From: Nitrososphaerota archaeon
Lineage (GTDB): Archaea > Thermoproteota > Nitrososphaeria_A > Caldarchaeales > Calditenuaceae
NCBI GenBank assembly: GCA_041641295.1
Contig: JBEPYO010000001.1
Span: 224,001 to 288,000, forward strand
Reading direction: 5' to 3'
Length of the DNA: 64,000 nt
Part shown: positions 29,977-39,111 of the stretch, in pieces
How positions within the stretch are numbered: position 1 is the first letter of the stretch
Layout of the letters: every line of letters begins with the position of its first letter
The notes under the pieces: generated by a model
Told to the model about the DNA's origin: nothing
The model's database searches: none
The model's input: the letters and a program-made list of their open reading frames with translations, nothing else
Position numbers and translations under genes: made by a program

Positions 29977-30435
29977 CTATACCCCGAGTAGTAGCTCATC
30001 ATCAGGAATTCCAGCAGCGTGGAATATCTCCTTCTCAGCCACTCCAGGTTTAAGGGCCCTATATTTCTCGTAGAATGCACTCCTCACCTCCTCAACACTC
30101 TTGAAGAGTTCTGCCATGTTTCTGTAACGCCCCCTCAGGACCCTGTACTTGAGTTTACCATCCACATCCTCCGCTATCACACATCTAACCACACCACCCA
30201 CCTTCTCGTAGCCCGTCTTCCTGCCACGCCCAGCTCCTCGGGCCTGAGCCTCCACAAGCACATAGACCCTCCGCCTCTTCCCACCCTCCGACTGTACTAT
30301 CTCTAGGCTAAACCCACAGGACCCGAACTTCTGATAGATCCTCCTCTCCATAGGATAGTGCCTGAGGGTGGCTAGGCCTGTCGTGCTGGGGCTGCTTATC
30401 AGCTTCACAACCTCCTCAACAATCCTCCTAGTCAT
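29977..30435 (-). CDS. Hypothetical basic protein (probable ATG at 30435)
   Basis: Open frame with host-like codon usage, downstream of tRNA-Lys(CUU). Confidence 0.65.
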   Translation of the reverse strand: MTRRIVEEVVKLISSPSTTGLATLRHYPMERRIYQKFGSCGFSLEIVQSEGGKRRRVYVLVEAQARGAGRGRKTGYEKVGGVVRCVIAEDVDGKLKYRVLRGRYRNMAELFKSVEEVRSAFYEKYRALKPGVAEKEIFHAAGIPDDELLLGV

Positions 30436-30521
30436 AAATCGGCACCAACTCCAGCAAATATCTGAAAACTCCATAAATATTAAGTTGCTCAGCAAAGACA
30501 CAATAGAATGTAGCTAAGCCC

Positions 30522-30595
30522 CGGGCCCGGAGGGATTTGAACCCTCGACCTACCGGTTAAGAGCCGGCCGCTCTACCTGCCTGAGCTACGGGCCC
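30522..30595 (-). tRNA. tRNA-Lys(CUU), no intron, no encoded CCA
   Basis: Reverse complement GGGCCCGTAGCTCAGGCAGGTAGAGCGGCCGG-CTCTTAA-CCGGTAGGTCGAGGGTTCAAATCCCTCCGGGCCCG. Confidence 0.96.
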
Positions 30596-30721
30596 AACCA
30601 GATGGGCCCTCACGATTAATTTAAACGTAACAACCCTTGCTAAGCGATTCAATCCCGCATAGCCGGACAGGACTCCTCGCCCTGGTATTTGTTAATATAT
30701 GCCGCGGCCAGGCCTATGTGT

Positions 30722-30988
30722 ATGTCTGTATGGGGGCGTGTTTTAGCAGTGTTGACGGCCTGGTCTTTAGGCTCTACCCTCGGTTTGACGTGGGGGTTTA
30801 GGCGAGACTGGCCCGACTTCGTCCACGATGTCCACGGCCTCCCCCTGAGCTGGGCTACACACACCTTGTCCACATTCGCTGGACCGGCTGACTTCTGGAA
30901 CGTAGACCTATTCCTTCTCGCAATCGACCTCGTTATATGGCAAGTCGCCCTAGCCGTCGCCCTCTTGGTAGTCCTCAAGTTTAAGTAG
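30722..30988 (+). CDS. Small membrane protein
   Basis: Two TM segments around a WPD...HGLPLSW loop; TATA-like TTAATATA upstream. Confidence 0.6.
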   Translation: MSVWGRVLAVLTAWSLGSTLGLTWGFRRDWPDFVHDVHGLPLSWATHTLSTFAGPADFWNVDLFLLAIDLVIWQVALAVALLVVLKFK

Positions 30989-31079
30989 GCGGCGGGACGA
31001 GTTCATGCCACTTTACTAGGCTGTGGATTAGATTTAATAGAGGGAGGGCAGGTGTGCATCATAGGGTAGGTGAGTAGAG

Positions 31080-32753
31080 CTCGGCAGGTGGGTTGTCGGG
31101 GGCGCGTGGCCATATATCCACGGGATCCCACACATAGGTAATCTCATAGGGTCTGAGCTATCAGCCGACGTCTATGCTAGGTATCTGAGGCTAAGGGGTG
31201 AAGACATTGTCTTTGTCAGTGGCTCAGACGAGCATGGTACGCCGATTGAGGTTGAGGCCGCTAGGCAGGGTGTAGACCCTAAGACCCTGACCGACAAGTT
31301 CCACGCAAAGGTCGTGGAGATTTTTAGGAGATTCAGCCTATCGTTCGACAACTACACAAGGACGCATAACCCGATACACATATCCTTCTGCCAAGACTTC
31401 TTCAAGCGGATATATGAGAACGGATACATCTTCGAGAGGGAAATCGACCAGCTCTACTGCGAGAACTGTAGAAGATTTCTGCCGGACAGGTTCGTACTAG
31501 GGACCTGCCCCCACTGCGGATACAACTATGCCAGGGGAGACCAGTGCGAGGCCTGCGGAAGAGTCCTAGACCCGCTAGACCTAAAAAACCCTGTATGCGC
31601 AATCTGCGGCTCAACACCAGTAGTCAAAACCACCAGACACTGGTTCCTCGACCTACCTCGACTAGCCGAGCCCATAAGAAACTGGCTCGCCCAAAACCAA
31701 CACATGCATGAGCGTGTCAAGGCCTTCAGCTTAAGCTGGATAGAGGAAGGACTGCGACCAAGGGCCGTAACTCGCGACAATAAGTGGGGAATCCCGGCAC
31801 CCTTCCCAGGCGCGGAGGGAAAAACAATCTACGTATGGTTCGAGGCCGTTCTAGGCTACATCTCCGCAACAGTAGAGCTTGGAATATCTCGGGGAGACCC
31901 GAGCCTATGGGAGAGATACTGGCTTGACAAGCAGACCCGCACCGTCTTTTTCATAGGAAAGGATAACATACCTTTCCACACAATAATCCTCCCCGCCCTA
32001 CTCCTGGCGCACGGGGACGGCTATGTTCTACCATGGAATGTCTCGGCGACAGAGTACCTCACCTTCGAGGGCCAGAAGTTCTCGAAGAGTAAGAGGATTG
32101 GAGTGTGGCTTGATGAGGCGCTAGAGATACTGCCAAGCGACTACTGGAGATACTACCTAGTCAAGATAAGGCCCGAGACCAGTGACACCAACTTTAAGTG
32201 GCAGGACTTTATCTCCACAGTAAACAGCGACCTAAACGACGATATAGGAAACTACATACACCGAGTTCTGACATTCATCTACCAATACTTCGGCGGCAGA
32301 GTCCCAGAACCACACGAACTAGACGACGATGACAAGAGAATCCTTGCGAAAATCACCGAGACAAGAGACAGGATCGACGAGCTGATGGGCGAAGTGCGGG
32401 AGAGACAATCACTGATAGAGGTGCTCACATTAGTTAAGGAGGCAAACAGCTACCTCAACCTTAAAGAGCCTTGGAAGCTTCAGAAAACAGCCCCCGAAAA
32501 GGCCGCCACAACACTCTACACGGCCTCACAGATAGTGGCCTCCCTAGCTATATTCCTCGAGATCTTCACACCAGATACCGCACGCCATCTCAGAAACATG
32601 ATCGGCATCGACTTCGACTTGAGCGGTAGCTGGAGACAACTCGGGGACATCATAATCAAGCCTAACACGAAGATTGCACGCCCAGAACCGCTATTCAGAA
32701 AAGTAAGTGAAAAAGAGGTACTGCAGAAGAGTGAAGGGACTCATACCGGTTAA
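31080..32753 (+). CDS. metG: Methionyl-tRNA synthetase (short form, no C-terminal tRNA-binding appendix); start codon non-canonical or frameshifted
   Basis: In-frame region upstream of 31314 encodes WVVGGAWPYIHGIPHIGN (HIGH motif) and SGSDEHGTPI; Zn knuckles, YVWFEA, GKDNIPFH, KFSKS. Confidence 0.94.
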   Translation, partial: LGRWVVGGAWPYIHGIPHIGNLIGSELSADVYARYLRLRGEDIVFVSGSDEHGTPIEVEAARQGVDPKTLTDKFHAKVVEIFRRFSLSFDNYTRTHNPIHISFCQDFFKRIYENGYIFEREIDQLYCENCRRFLPDRFVLGTCPHCGYNYARGDQCEACGRVLDPLDLKNPVCAICGSTPVVKTTRHWFLDLPRLAEPIRNWLAQNQHMHERVKAFSLSWIEEGLRPRAVTRDNKWGIPAPFPGAEGKTIYVWFEAVLGYISATVELGISRGDPSLWERYWLDKQTRTVFFIGKDNIPFHTIILPALLLAHGDGYVLPWNVSATEYLTFEGQKFSKSKRIGVWLDEALEILPSDYWRYYLVKIRPETSDTNFKWQDFISTVNSDLNDDIGNYIHRVLTFIYQYFGGRVPEPHELDDDDKRILAKITETRDRIDELMGEVRERQSLIEVLTLVKEANSYLNLKEPWKLQKTAPEKAATTLYTASQIVASLAIFLEIFTPDTARHLRNMIGIDFDLSGSWRQLGDIIIKPNTKIARPEPLFRKVSEKEVLQKSEGTHTG

Positions 32754-32867
32754 ACCCGCCCCTTTTCACCACTTATCTCGGGAAAAGCTCAGCATACTTG
32801 TCCAACCGCTCGGGCTAGCTTGACAATAGTTGTACATTAAGATAGATCCGAGCTGCAATGTATCGAC

Positions 32868-34190
32868 TTATGAAGTGTATAGCTGAGATAGAGACTTCCT
32901 CTTATCATCATTAACAAACGATATAACAGGTCTGAACTTCGCTGCGTTATTCTCGAACTCCTCTACAATCTTCAAGGTATACGGCGTGTCGGGAAACAAA
33001 ATATTACATCTTTTTTCAACTTCACTTTTAACTGCTTCTTCAGACCACCCCACGCGAGGCTTTATGTACACCTCTATGACATAATCGCTCCTCTGAACCA
33101 CCTTGAAGCGATCAAGACCCTCAATATCGTGAAAAGAGTGAAGGATGGTCAACGGAAAAACCGGAAGACCATCCCTACGTACTATTACGTCAACCATCCT
33201 CCCATGTATCTTGCCTAAAAGGGGAAGACCCCTACCACATGAACATTCATCATCGAGCAAAGTTACAATATCTCCTAAGAGATATCGTATAAACGGAGTA
33301 GTATATCTATACAGCGAAGTGACACATATCTCACCCTCTTCACCCGGAGATACGGGATGACCGTCTCTGAGCACCTCCACAAACACCGTCTCCGCGTTTA
33401 TGTGATAGCCTTCACGAGCCGGACACTCCCAAGCAATGCTCCCAACTTCAGCAGCTCCATAGTTATCATAGACTTCAGCCTGAAAGAAATCGCTAACAGC
33501 TTTCCTAACGCGAGCAGTGAGAACTTCTCCTGATGATCTAACTATCCTGAATGCAGGTCGCCGGTCAATTTTTTCACAGTAATCCATCAGCGCTACTAGA
33601 TACGATGGAGGGGCGAATAAAATTTGAGGCTTCCATTTTTCAATAACCTCCAAATGAGCGTCGATTTGTGATGTAAGTGGGATTGGACGTGCCCTTCCCT
33701 TTCTGATAAATCCGTAGAACCTCTTCCTTTCAGCAAGCAGATAAAATTGTTGCTCTCCACCTACTGAAACGGGCCTCAACTGACAAACCTTATCAGTGAA
33801 CCTAGCACCCTGCGCCAGGATGGATCTTATTCGGAGCGCCTCGAAAATCGCTACCTCTCTCGAATCTTGTACTATTTTGAATGGCATACCGCTTGAGCCT
33901 GATGTGTATATTACATGGTGTTTTTTAGATATGATCCCTCGCAAAACTCGGCTTTCAAGTGGGACATTTCTTAAATCCTCTTTTGTCACAAATGGCAACT
34001 TCTCAAGAACTATAGGCTTATTTAATTCCACGCCAGCCCTAGAATATAGTTCCTTATAAAAAGCCACATTTCTGTAGGCATGTAGAATTACTTCGCGCAG
34101 TTTCTTAGATTGAATTTTAGAAATCTTCTGCCCATCAAACCATTGAGACCGTTGCAACGAAATAAAATTTTTTATGACGCTGACAAGCAT
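32868..34190 (-). CDS. Phenylacetate-CoA ligase/CapK-like adenylate-forming enzyme, AT-rich
   Basis: LPFVTKEDLR, TSGSSG, YGAAE, PFIRYLLGD, GR..D. Confidence 0.87.
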   Translation of the reverse strand: MLVSVIKNFISLQRSQWFDGQKISKIQSKKLREVILHAYRNVAFYKELYSRAGVELNKPIVLEKLPFVTKEDLRNVPLESRVLRGIISKKHHVIYTSGSSGMPFKIVQDSREVAIFEALRIRSILAQGARFTDKVCQLRPVSVGGEQQFYLLAERKRFYGFIRKGRARPIPLTSQIDAHLEVIEKWKPQILFAPPSYLVALMDYCEKIDRRPAFRIVRSSGEVLTARVRKAVSDFFQAEVYDNYGAAEVGSIAWECPAREGYHINAETVFVEVLRDGHPVSPGEEGEICVTSLYRYTTPFIRYLLGDIVTLLDDECSCGRGLPLLGKIHGRMVDVIVRRDGLPVFPLTILHSFHDIEGLDRFKVVQRSDYVIEVYIKPRVGWSEEAVKSEVEKRCNILFPDTPYTLKIVEEFENNAAKFRPVISFVNDDKRKSLSQLYTS

Positions 34191-34382
34191 GATGCTTTCA
34201 ATAAAGCATATTACGTATATAATTTTTTACTTAAACTTTGCACACCGCATGGGTAAAACGGCTGAGACTTATAGTTTTGTGCCTCCCCCTGCATTCTGAC
34301 TTGGCGCTGCTCTCAAATCATAGATAAAAGGGGGAGATCCGTCCACTACGAGTTGTCTATAAACTGTGTCTCTTTTGGATTT

Positions 34383-35549
34383 TTATAGTGTTGCTTTCTC
34401 TGTTTTGAGCCTCTTTATGCCGAGTTCGGATATTATTTTGTCGAGCTCGTCCTCTTCTCTCGTGGTGGCTTGGAGAGGCTCGGTGGCCTCCTTCTTTGGT
34501 GGTAGGTCTTGCGCTGGCTCGCGTTTGAAGAAGCGTTCGTCTATGGTTTGTACGGATGCCTCCATCTCTCTGATGTAGCTCTCGGTCTCCAGCCCTGCGA
34601 GTATGAGGGATACCTGGATAGTCGAGTTGTAGTAGTTGTCGACCCTTGCCCCCCAGACTATTAGGCCGTCGTCTCCCATTAGCTCGTATATTATTTCAGG
34701 GGGCCTAGAGGCTTCTTTCAGCTTCATGTCTTCTCCGCCCGTAACATGGACTATTGCGGCGGATACCCCCTCTAAACCTACGCTGCCCTCAAAGAGTGGT
34801 GATTGGAGGGCGTTGAATGTGGCTTCTTCAGCCCTGTTGGGCGAGCTGCTCCTGCCTATACCGAGTGTCGCGAGGCGGCCCCTCGATACTACAGTTTTGA
34901 AGTCCTCGAAGTCGATGTTTATGAGGCTTGGCTTCACTATTGACTCCGTTATGCTCAGTATCATGTTGTTGATTACTTCGTCTGCGAGGGCGAAGGCGGT
35001 CTTCAAGTTGTACTGGGGGTAAAGTTCTAGCAGCCTGTTGTTGTCTACCACGACGACCGTGTTCACGTACTGCTGAAGCTCTGAGAGGCCTCTTAGGGCG
35101 ATCCTCTTTCTAACTCCTCCCTCAAACCTGAAGGGCATTGTGACGACGCCAACGACTATGGCTCCAAGCTCTCTCGCGACCCTAGCACAGACGGGTGCTG
35201 CGCCGGTTCCAGTTCCCCCGCCAAGTCCGGCGGCAATAAATACTAGGTCAGAACCCTCCAAGGCTTTTCTAATCTCTTCTATGCTTTCTTCGGCCGCTAG
35301 CCTCCCTACCTCCGGGTTTCCACCTGCGCCGTGGTCTCTAGTCGTCTTCGGGCCTAGGAGGATTTTGTGATGCGCGTTTACTGTGTCTAAGTGCTGCCTA
35401 TCAGTGTTTGCGGCTATCGCCGTCGCCCCATAGAGCCCGGAGGAGACGAGCCTGTGGACAGTGTTGCTTCCAGCACCGCCTAAGCCTATTAGCTTGATCT
35501 TGACGCCGAAACCATCCTCATATCCTGCCGAAGCCTCTTGGCTACTCAC
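34383..35549 (-). CDS. ftsZ: Cell division GTPase FtsZ (FtsZ2-like by context)
   Basis: GLGGAGSN, NTD, GAGGNP, AGLGGGTGTGAAP, PFRFEG, T7 loop INIDFED. Confidence 0.96.
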   Translation of the reverse strand: MSSQEASAGYEDGFGVKIKLIGLGGAGSNTVHRLVSSGLYGATAIAANTDRQHLDTVNAHHKILLGPKTTRDHGAGGNPEVGRLAAEESIEEIRKALEGSDLVFIAAGLGGGTGTGAAPVCARVARELGAIVVGVVTMPFRFEGGVRKRIALRGLSELQQYVNTVVVVDNNRLLELYPQYNLKTAFALADEVINNMILSITESIVKPSLINIDFEDFKTVVSRGRLATLGIGRSSSPNRAEEATFNALQSPLFEGSVGLEGVSAAIVHVTGGEDMKLKEASRPPEIIYELMGDDGLIVWGARVDNYYNSTIQVSLILAGLETESYIREMEASVQTIDERFFKREPAQDLPPKKEATEPLQATTREEDELDKIISELGIKRLKTEKATL

Positions 35550-35688
35550 TCGACCTAGCCTCCTCCTTTATGAAGTCGCGGACCGCCATGCGGATAGCCT
35601 CAGCCCTGTTCGGGTATAGCCGTCTCTTAACCAGCTCATCTATAGCTTCAAGGTATGCTTCAGGAAGGTGAACAGTCACAACCTTCAC
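35542..35688 (-). CDS. cdrS: CdrS-like ribbon-helix-helix regulator, 48 aa; not in ORF track
   Basis: GTG start after GAGGTGTGG; MKVVTVHLPEAYLEAIDELVKRRLYPNRAEAIRMAVRDFIKEEARSSE*; overlaps the ftsZ start. Confidence 0.88.
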   Translation of the reverse strand: MKVVTVHLPEAYLEAIDELVKRRLYPNRAEAIRMAVRDFIKEEARSSE

Positions 35689-35846
35689 TCCACCACACCT
35701 CGGAGAGGCATCTGAAAGTGAATCTCAAATAAAGCTTCGTAATACGGTGATTAATATCGCGTGATGACCCTCCACCGAAAAAAGGGGATTTCTGTTGCAG
35801 AAAATGATAATATTAAATAGGTGAGGCGGATACATTTTGTCGGATA

Positions 35847-36218
35847 ATGAAGATTTTGAGGGGGCGCGAAGACGAGGAAATCGATGAGATTGTCAGGTAC
35901 ATCAATGAAGAGTGTGATAGGGGTGCTGGCATACTGGTTGAGGGTGTAAGCGATCGGGAGGCTCTTCTTATGAGGGGTGTTAAGGGTAGGATTTTCACCC
36001 TTCACGAACTCTATAGGGCTGTGAAAAATGATTTGGGTGGTTTGAGGCTGATAACTTTGCTGGACTTGGATAGGGAGGGTGAAAGTATTTTAAGACGGCT
36101 GGAGGAGAGGTTCTCTAATCTTCTAAGACTGGACCATAGTGCGAGGTTGAGGTTGAGGAAGACGCTGAAATACAAGAGAGGACTGAGAACCATACATCAG
36201 ATATTTATGTCCCCGTAG
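35847..36218 (+). CDS. Small Toprim-domain protein
   Basis: ILVEGVSDREAL and LLDLDREG Toprim motifs. Confidence 0.88.
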   Translation: MKILRGREDEEIDEIVRYINEECDRGAGILVEGVSDREALLMRGVKGRIFTLHELYRAVKNDLGGLRLITLLDLDREGESILRRLEERFSNLLRLDHSARLRLRKTLKYKRGLRTIHQIFMSP

Positions 36219-36232
36219 ATAACTCGGCTCTG

Positions 36233-38578
36233 GTGTCGGAGACTATTAAGCTTGAGCCGAAGTTGAGGGAGACGCGGTGGGAGCCCAAGCTGGAGGAGGA
36301 GCTTCTCGCGAAATGGGATTCTGAGAAACTCTACGCCTTCAGGAAGGATTCGAGGAGGAGGTTATTCCTGATCGATACTCCTCCACCATATCCTTCAGGG
36401 AGGCCTTGGCACATAGGAGCTGCAGCTCACTATACCCAGATCGACATGATAGCGAGGACGGCCCGGATGATGGGGTATGAAGTCTACTTCCCAATCGGTA
36501 TCGATAGGAACGGGATACCGGTGGAGAGGTTTGTGGAGCGCGAGATGAAGATTAGGCTGACTAGCCTTCCTAGGGAGGAGTTCTTACGCATCTGCTCCCA
36601 GACTCTGGACGAGCTTGAGGCAGAGATGCTCTGGATCATGTGGAGGGCAGGCCTCTCGGGGGACTTCAAAAACAGGTATAGGACAGACTCTGAGGAGTAT
36701 AGGTCCCTCACACAGGCCACTTTCATCGAGCTATTTAGAAAGGGGCTGATTTACAGGGCGTCTAGGCCGAACAACTTCTGCCCTGACTGTGGGACAACTA
36801 TAGCAGACGCGGAGGTGGACTATGCCGAGATGCCGACAGACCTCGTCTACATGCGCTTCGACCTAAAAGATGGTGGAGAGATTGTCGTGGCCAGCACCCG
36901 GCCAGAACTCCTGGGAGCGTGCAGGGCAGTCATCTACAACCCCTCAGACGAGAGGTACCAGCACCTAGAGGGTCGAAGCGCGGTTGTCCCCATCTATGGC
37001 AGGGAGGTTCCAATAATTGCTCACAGCGCTGCGAGACCCGAGTTCGGTACAGGACTTGTAATGGTCTGCAGCTATGGGGACAGGACGGATGTCATGCTCT
37101 TCCGAGAACTGGGCCTTGAAGAGGTCATATTAATAGGATTGGATGGCCGCATGCTTGAGACTGCAGGGCCGCTTAGAGGGCTGACTGTCGAGGAAGCAAG
37201 ACGTAGGATTGTCGAGCTGTTGTCTAGTGAAGGCAGAGTCGTAAAAATTGAGAAGATAATGCACCAAGTACCGATATGTGAGCGGTCGAACACACCCATA
37301 GAGATCATCCCCATGGAGGAGTATTATCTGACACAGTTGAGCTTGAGGGAAGAGCTACTCGAGGCCGGTTCGAGGATGACCTTTTATCCAGAGTTCCATA
37401 GACAGCTACTCGTCGACTGGATAAACTCCCTGAAATTTGACTGGCCAATCTCTAGGCGGAGGTACTACGCGACCGAGATACCTATCTGGTATTGTAAGTC
37501 TTGCGGCTGGCCAAACCTCCCACCGCCAGGCAAATACTACCGCCCCTGGAAGGAGAGCCCACCCTTCAGCAAGTGCGAGAAGTGTGGTGCCGGAGAGTTC
37601 GTAGGAGAGGAGAGAACCCTCGACACGTGGGTCGACTCTAGCATTTCTCCCCTATTCATCTCGGGATACATGAGGGATGAGAGGCTCTTCCGCCGCGCAT
37701 ACCCAGTAGCTATCAGGCCTCAGGGGAAGGACATTGTGAGGACTTGGCTGTACTACACCCTCCTCAGATGCTATCAGCTGACAGGGAAGCCGCCCTTCAA
37801 GGGTGTCTGGGTCAGCGGAATGGGGCTTGACGAGAAAGGTGAGAAGATGAGTAAGAGTAAGGGAAACGTGATTGACCCCCGTCCAATACTCGAGAAGTAT
37901 GGAGCCGACATCTTCAGGTTCTGGTGTGCGCAGGAGGCGAGCCTCGGTTACGACTTCAGGATCTCAGAGGCGCGGATACAGTCCGCAGGCAAATTCTTAA
38001 CTAAGCTCTGGAACGTTGCTAGGTATGTCTCACAGTTTCCCCAGCCTCGGGGAGCGAAGCTGCTGCCCTCCGACAGGTGGATCCTCTCAGAGCTATCGGC
38101 TCTAATTGAAGAGGCATTGGAGGGCTACAGGGAGTACAACTTTTTCATCCCTGCCACGAAGGTTAGAAACTTTCTCTGGAACCTCTTCGCCAGCCACTAT
38201 GTGGAGATGACGAAGATGAGGGCTCTCGGCAGGTCGTCGGACAAGCAGGGCGCAAGGGCTGCATGGTACACTCTACACACCGTGCTAAAGTCCTGCCTAC
38301 TGCTCCTTGCGCCTATAACGCCGTTCGTGACAGACTATATCTGGCGGACCCTATACTCCGAGAGGTCCATACACTTGGAAAGGTTCCCGAAGCCTAGGTG
38401 GGACAAATCTTACACAAAGTATACCGAGCCGCTGGTTTCCTTTAACAGTGATGTCTGGCGTCGGAAGAAGGAGATGAACCTATCTTTGAGGGACCCAATA
38501 AGGATTAGCGTGCCCGAAGAACTCGCGCCCTTCAAGGAAGACCTTGTTGCAATGCACAACATAGTAGAAGTGGGATAA
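36233..38578 (+). CDS. valS: Valyl-tRNA synthetase
   Basis: IDTPPPYPSG..HIG, STRPE, FGTGLVM, DWPISR, RPQGKDIVRTW, KMSKS. Confidence 0.96.
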   Translation: MSETIKLEPKLRETRWEPKLEEELLAKWDSEKLYAFRKDSRRRLFLIDTPPPYPSGRPWHIGAAAHYTQIDMIARTARMMGYEVYFPIGIDRNGIPVERFVEREMKIRLTSLPREEFLRICSQTLDELEAEMLWIMWRAGLSGDFKNRYRTDSEEYRSLTQATFIELFRKGLIYRASRPNNFCPDCGTTIADAEVDYAEMPTDLVYMRFDLKDGGEIVVASTRPELLGACRAVIYNPSDERYQHLEGRSAVVPIYGREVPIIAHSAARPEFGTGLVMVCSYGDRTDVMLFRELGLEEVILIGLDGRMLETAGPLRGLTVEEARRRIVELLSSEGRVVKIEKIMHQVPICERSNTPIEIIPMEEYYLTQLSLREELLEAGSRMTFYPEFHRQLLVDWINSLKFDWPISRRRYYATEIPIWYCKSCGWPNLPPPGKYYRPWKESPPFSKCEKCGAGEFVGEERTLDTWVDSSISPLFISGYMRDERLFRRAYPVAIRPQGKDIVRTWLYYTLLRCYQLTGKPPFKGVWVSGMGLDEKGEKMSKSKGNVIDPRPILEKYGADIFRFWCAQEASLGYDFRISEARIQSAGKFLTKLWNVARYVSQFPQPRGAKLLPSDRWILSELSALIEEALEGYREYNFFIPATKVRNFLWNLFASHYVEMTKMRALGRSSDKQGARAAWYTLHTVLKSCLLLLAPITPFVTDYIWRTLYSERSIHLERFPKPRWDKSYTKYTEPLVSFNSDVWRRKKEMNLSLRDPIRISVPEELAPFKEDLVAMHNIVEVG

Positions 38579-38580
38579 GA

Positions 38581-38636
38581 GGGTCAGACTGCCCATCGAC
38601 GCCTCACTTCTCGGCGTGGACGTTGGTCATCATCCC
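38581..38636 (-). ncRNA. C/D-box methylation guide sRNA
   Basis: Minus strand GGG-ATGATGA (C)-CCAACGTCCACG-CCGA (D')-GAAGTGA (C'-like)-GGCGTCGATGGGCAGT-CTGA (D)-CCC; 56 nt, intergenic, 3-bp terminal stem. Confidence 0.8.
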
Positions 38637-38724
38637 AATAATGAGGCTCTGGACCGTTGATTATATCTTTTGTCGCACTCACCGTTATACAGTTAAATGA
38701 GGCGACGTGGGCTGGGCCTTGGCG

Positions 38725-39111
38725 ATGGCTAGGTATGTGAGGGATAGGTCGCTTGAGGAGTATGTTAAGGAGATTGGGTCTCGTGCTGGGCTCGTCTATC
38801 TCGACTACACGAGGATTAAATGTGTGAGGAGCTATGAGACAAGGTCTAGGAGTATAGCCGCTCGCGTCCACTCAGGGAGTAGGGCGCTCTGGACAGGCCT
38901 CGGACTCAGCCCCCACTACGTGATCGAGTTCGTCTCAGAGATTTTTGACAGACTGTCGAGTGAAGAGAAGGTGGAGGTCATACTTCACGAGCTACTTCAC
39001 ATCCCGAGGACGATGGGGGGCGGGTTGATCAGCCATGGCAGACTAGACTTTAGGGGAGAGGTCAAGAGGCTTTCCAGGAGGCTTAGGGGTCTTCAAGACC
39101 TTAATCGGTGA
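38725..39111 (+). CDS. Small putative zinc metallopeptidase (HExxH)
   Basis: YVIEFVSE.F..LS.EEK..VILHELLHIP. Confidence 0.85.
   Translation: MARYVRDRSLEEYVKEIGSRAGLVYLDYTRIKCVRSYETRSRSIAARVHSGSRALWTGLGLSPHYVIEFVSEIFDRLSSEEKVEVILHELLHIPRTMGGGLISHGRLDFRGEVKRLSRRLRGLQDLNR

Noticed and set aside
35761-35810. GTGATGA box C-like motif between cdrS and the Toprim gene
   Set aside because: No CTGA box D at a suitable distance
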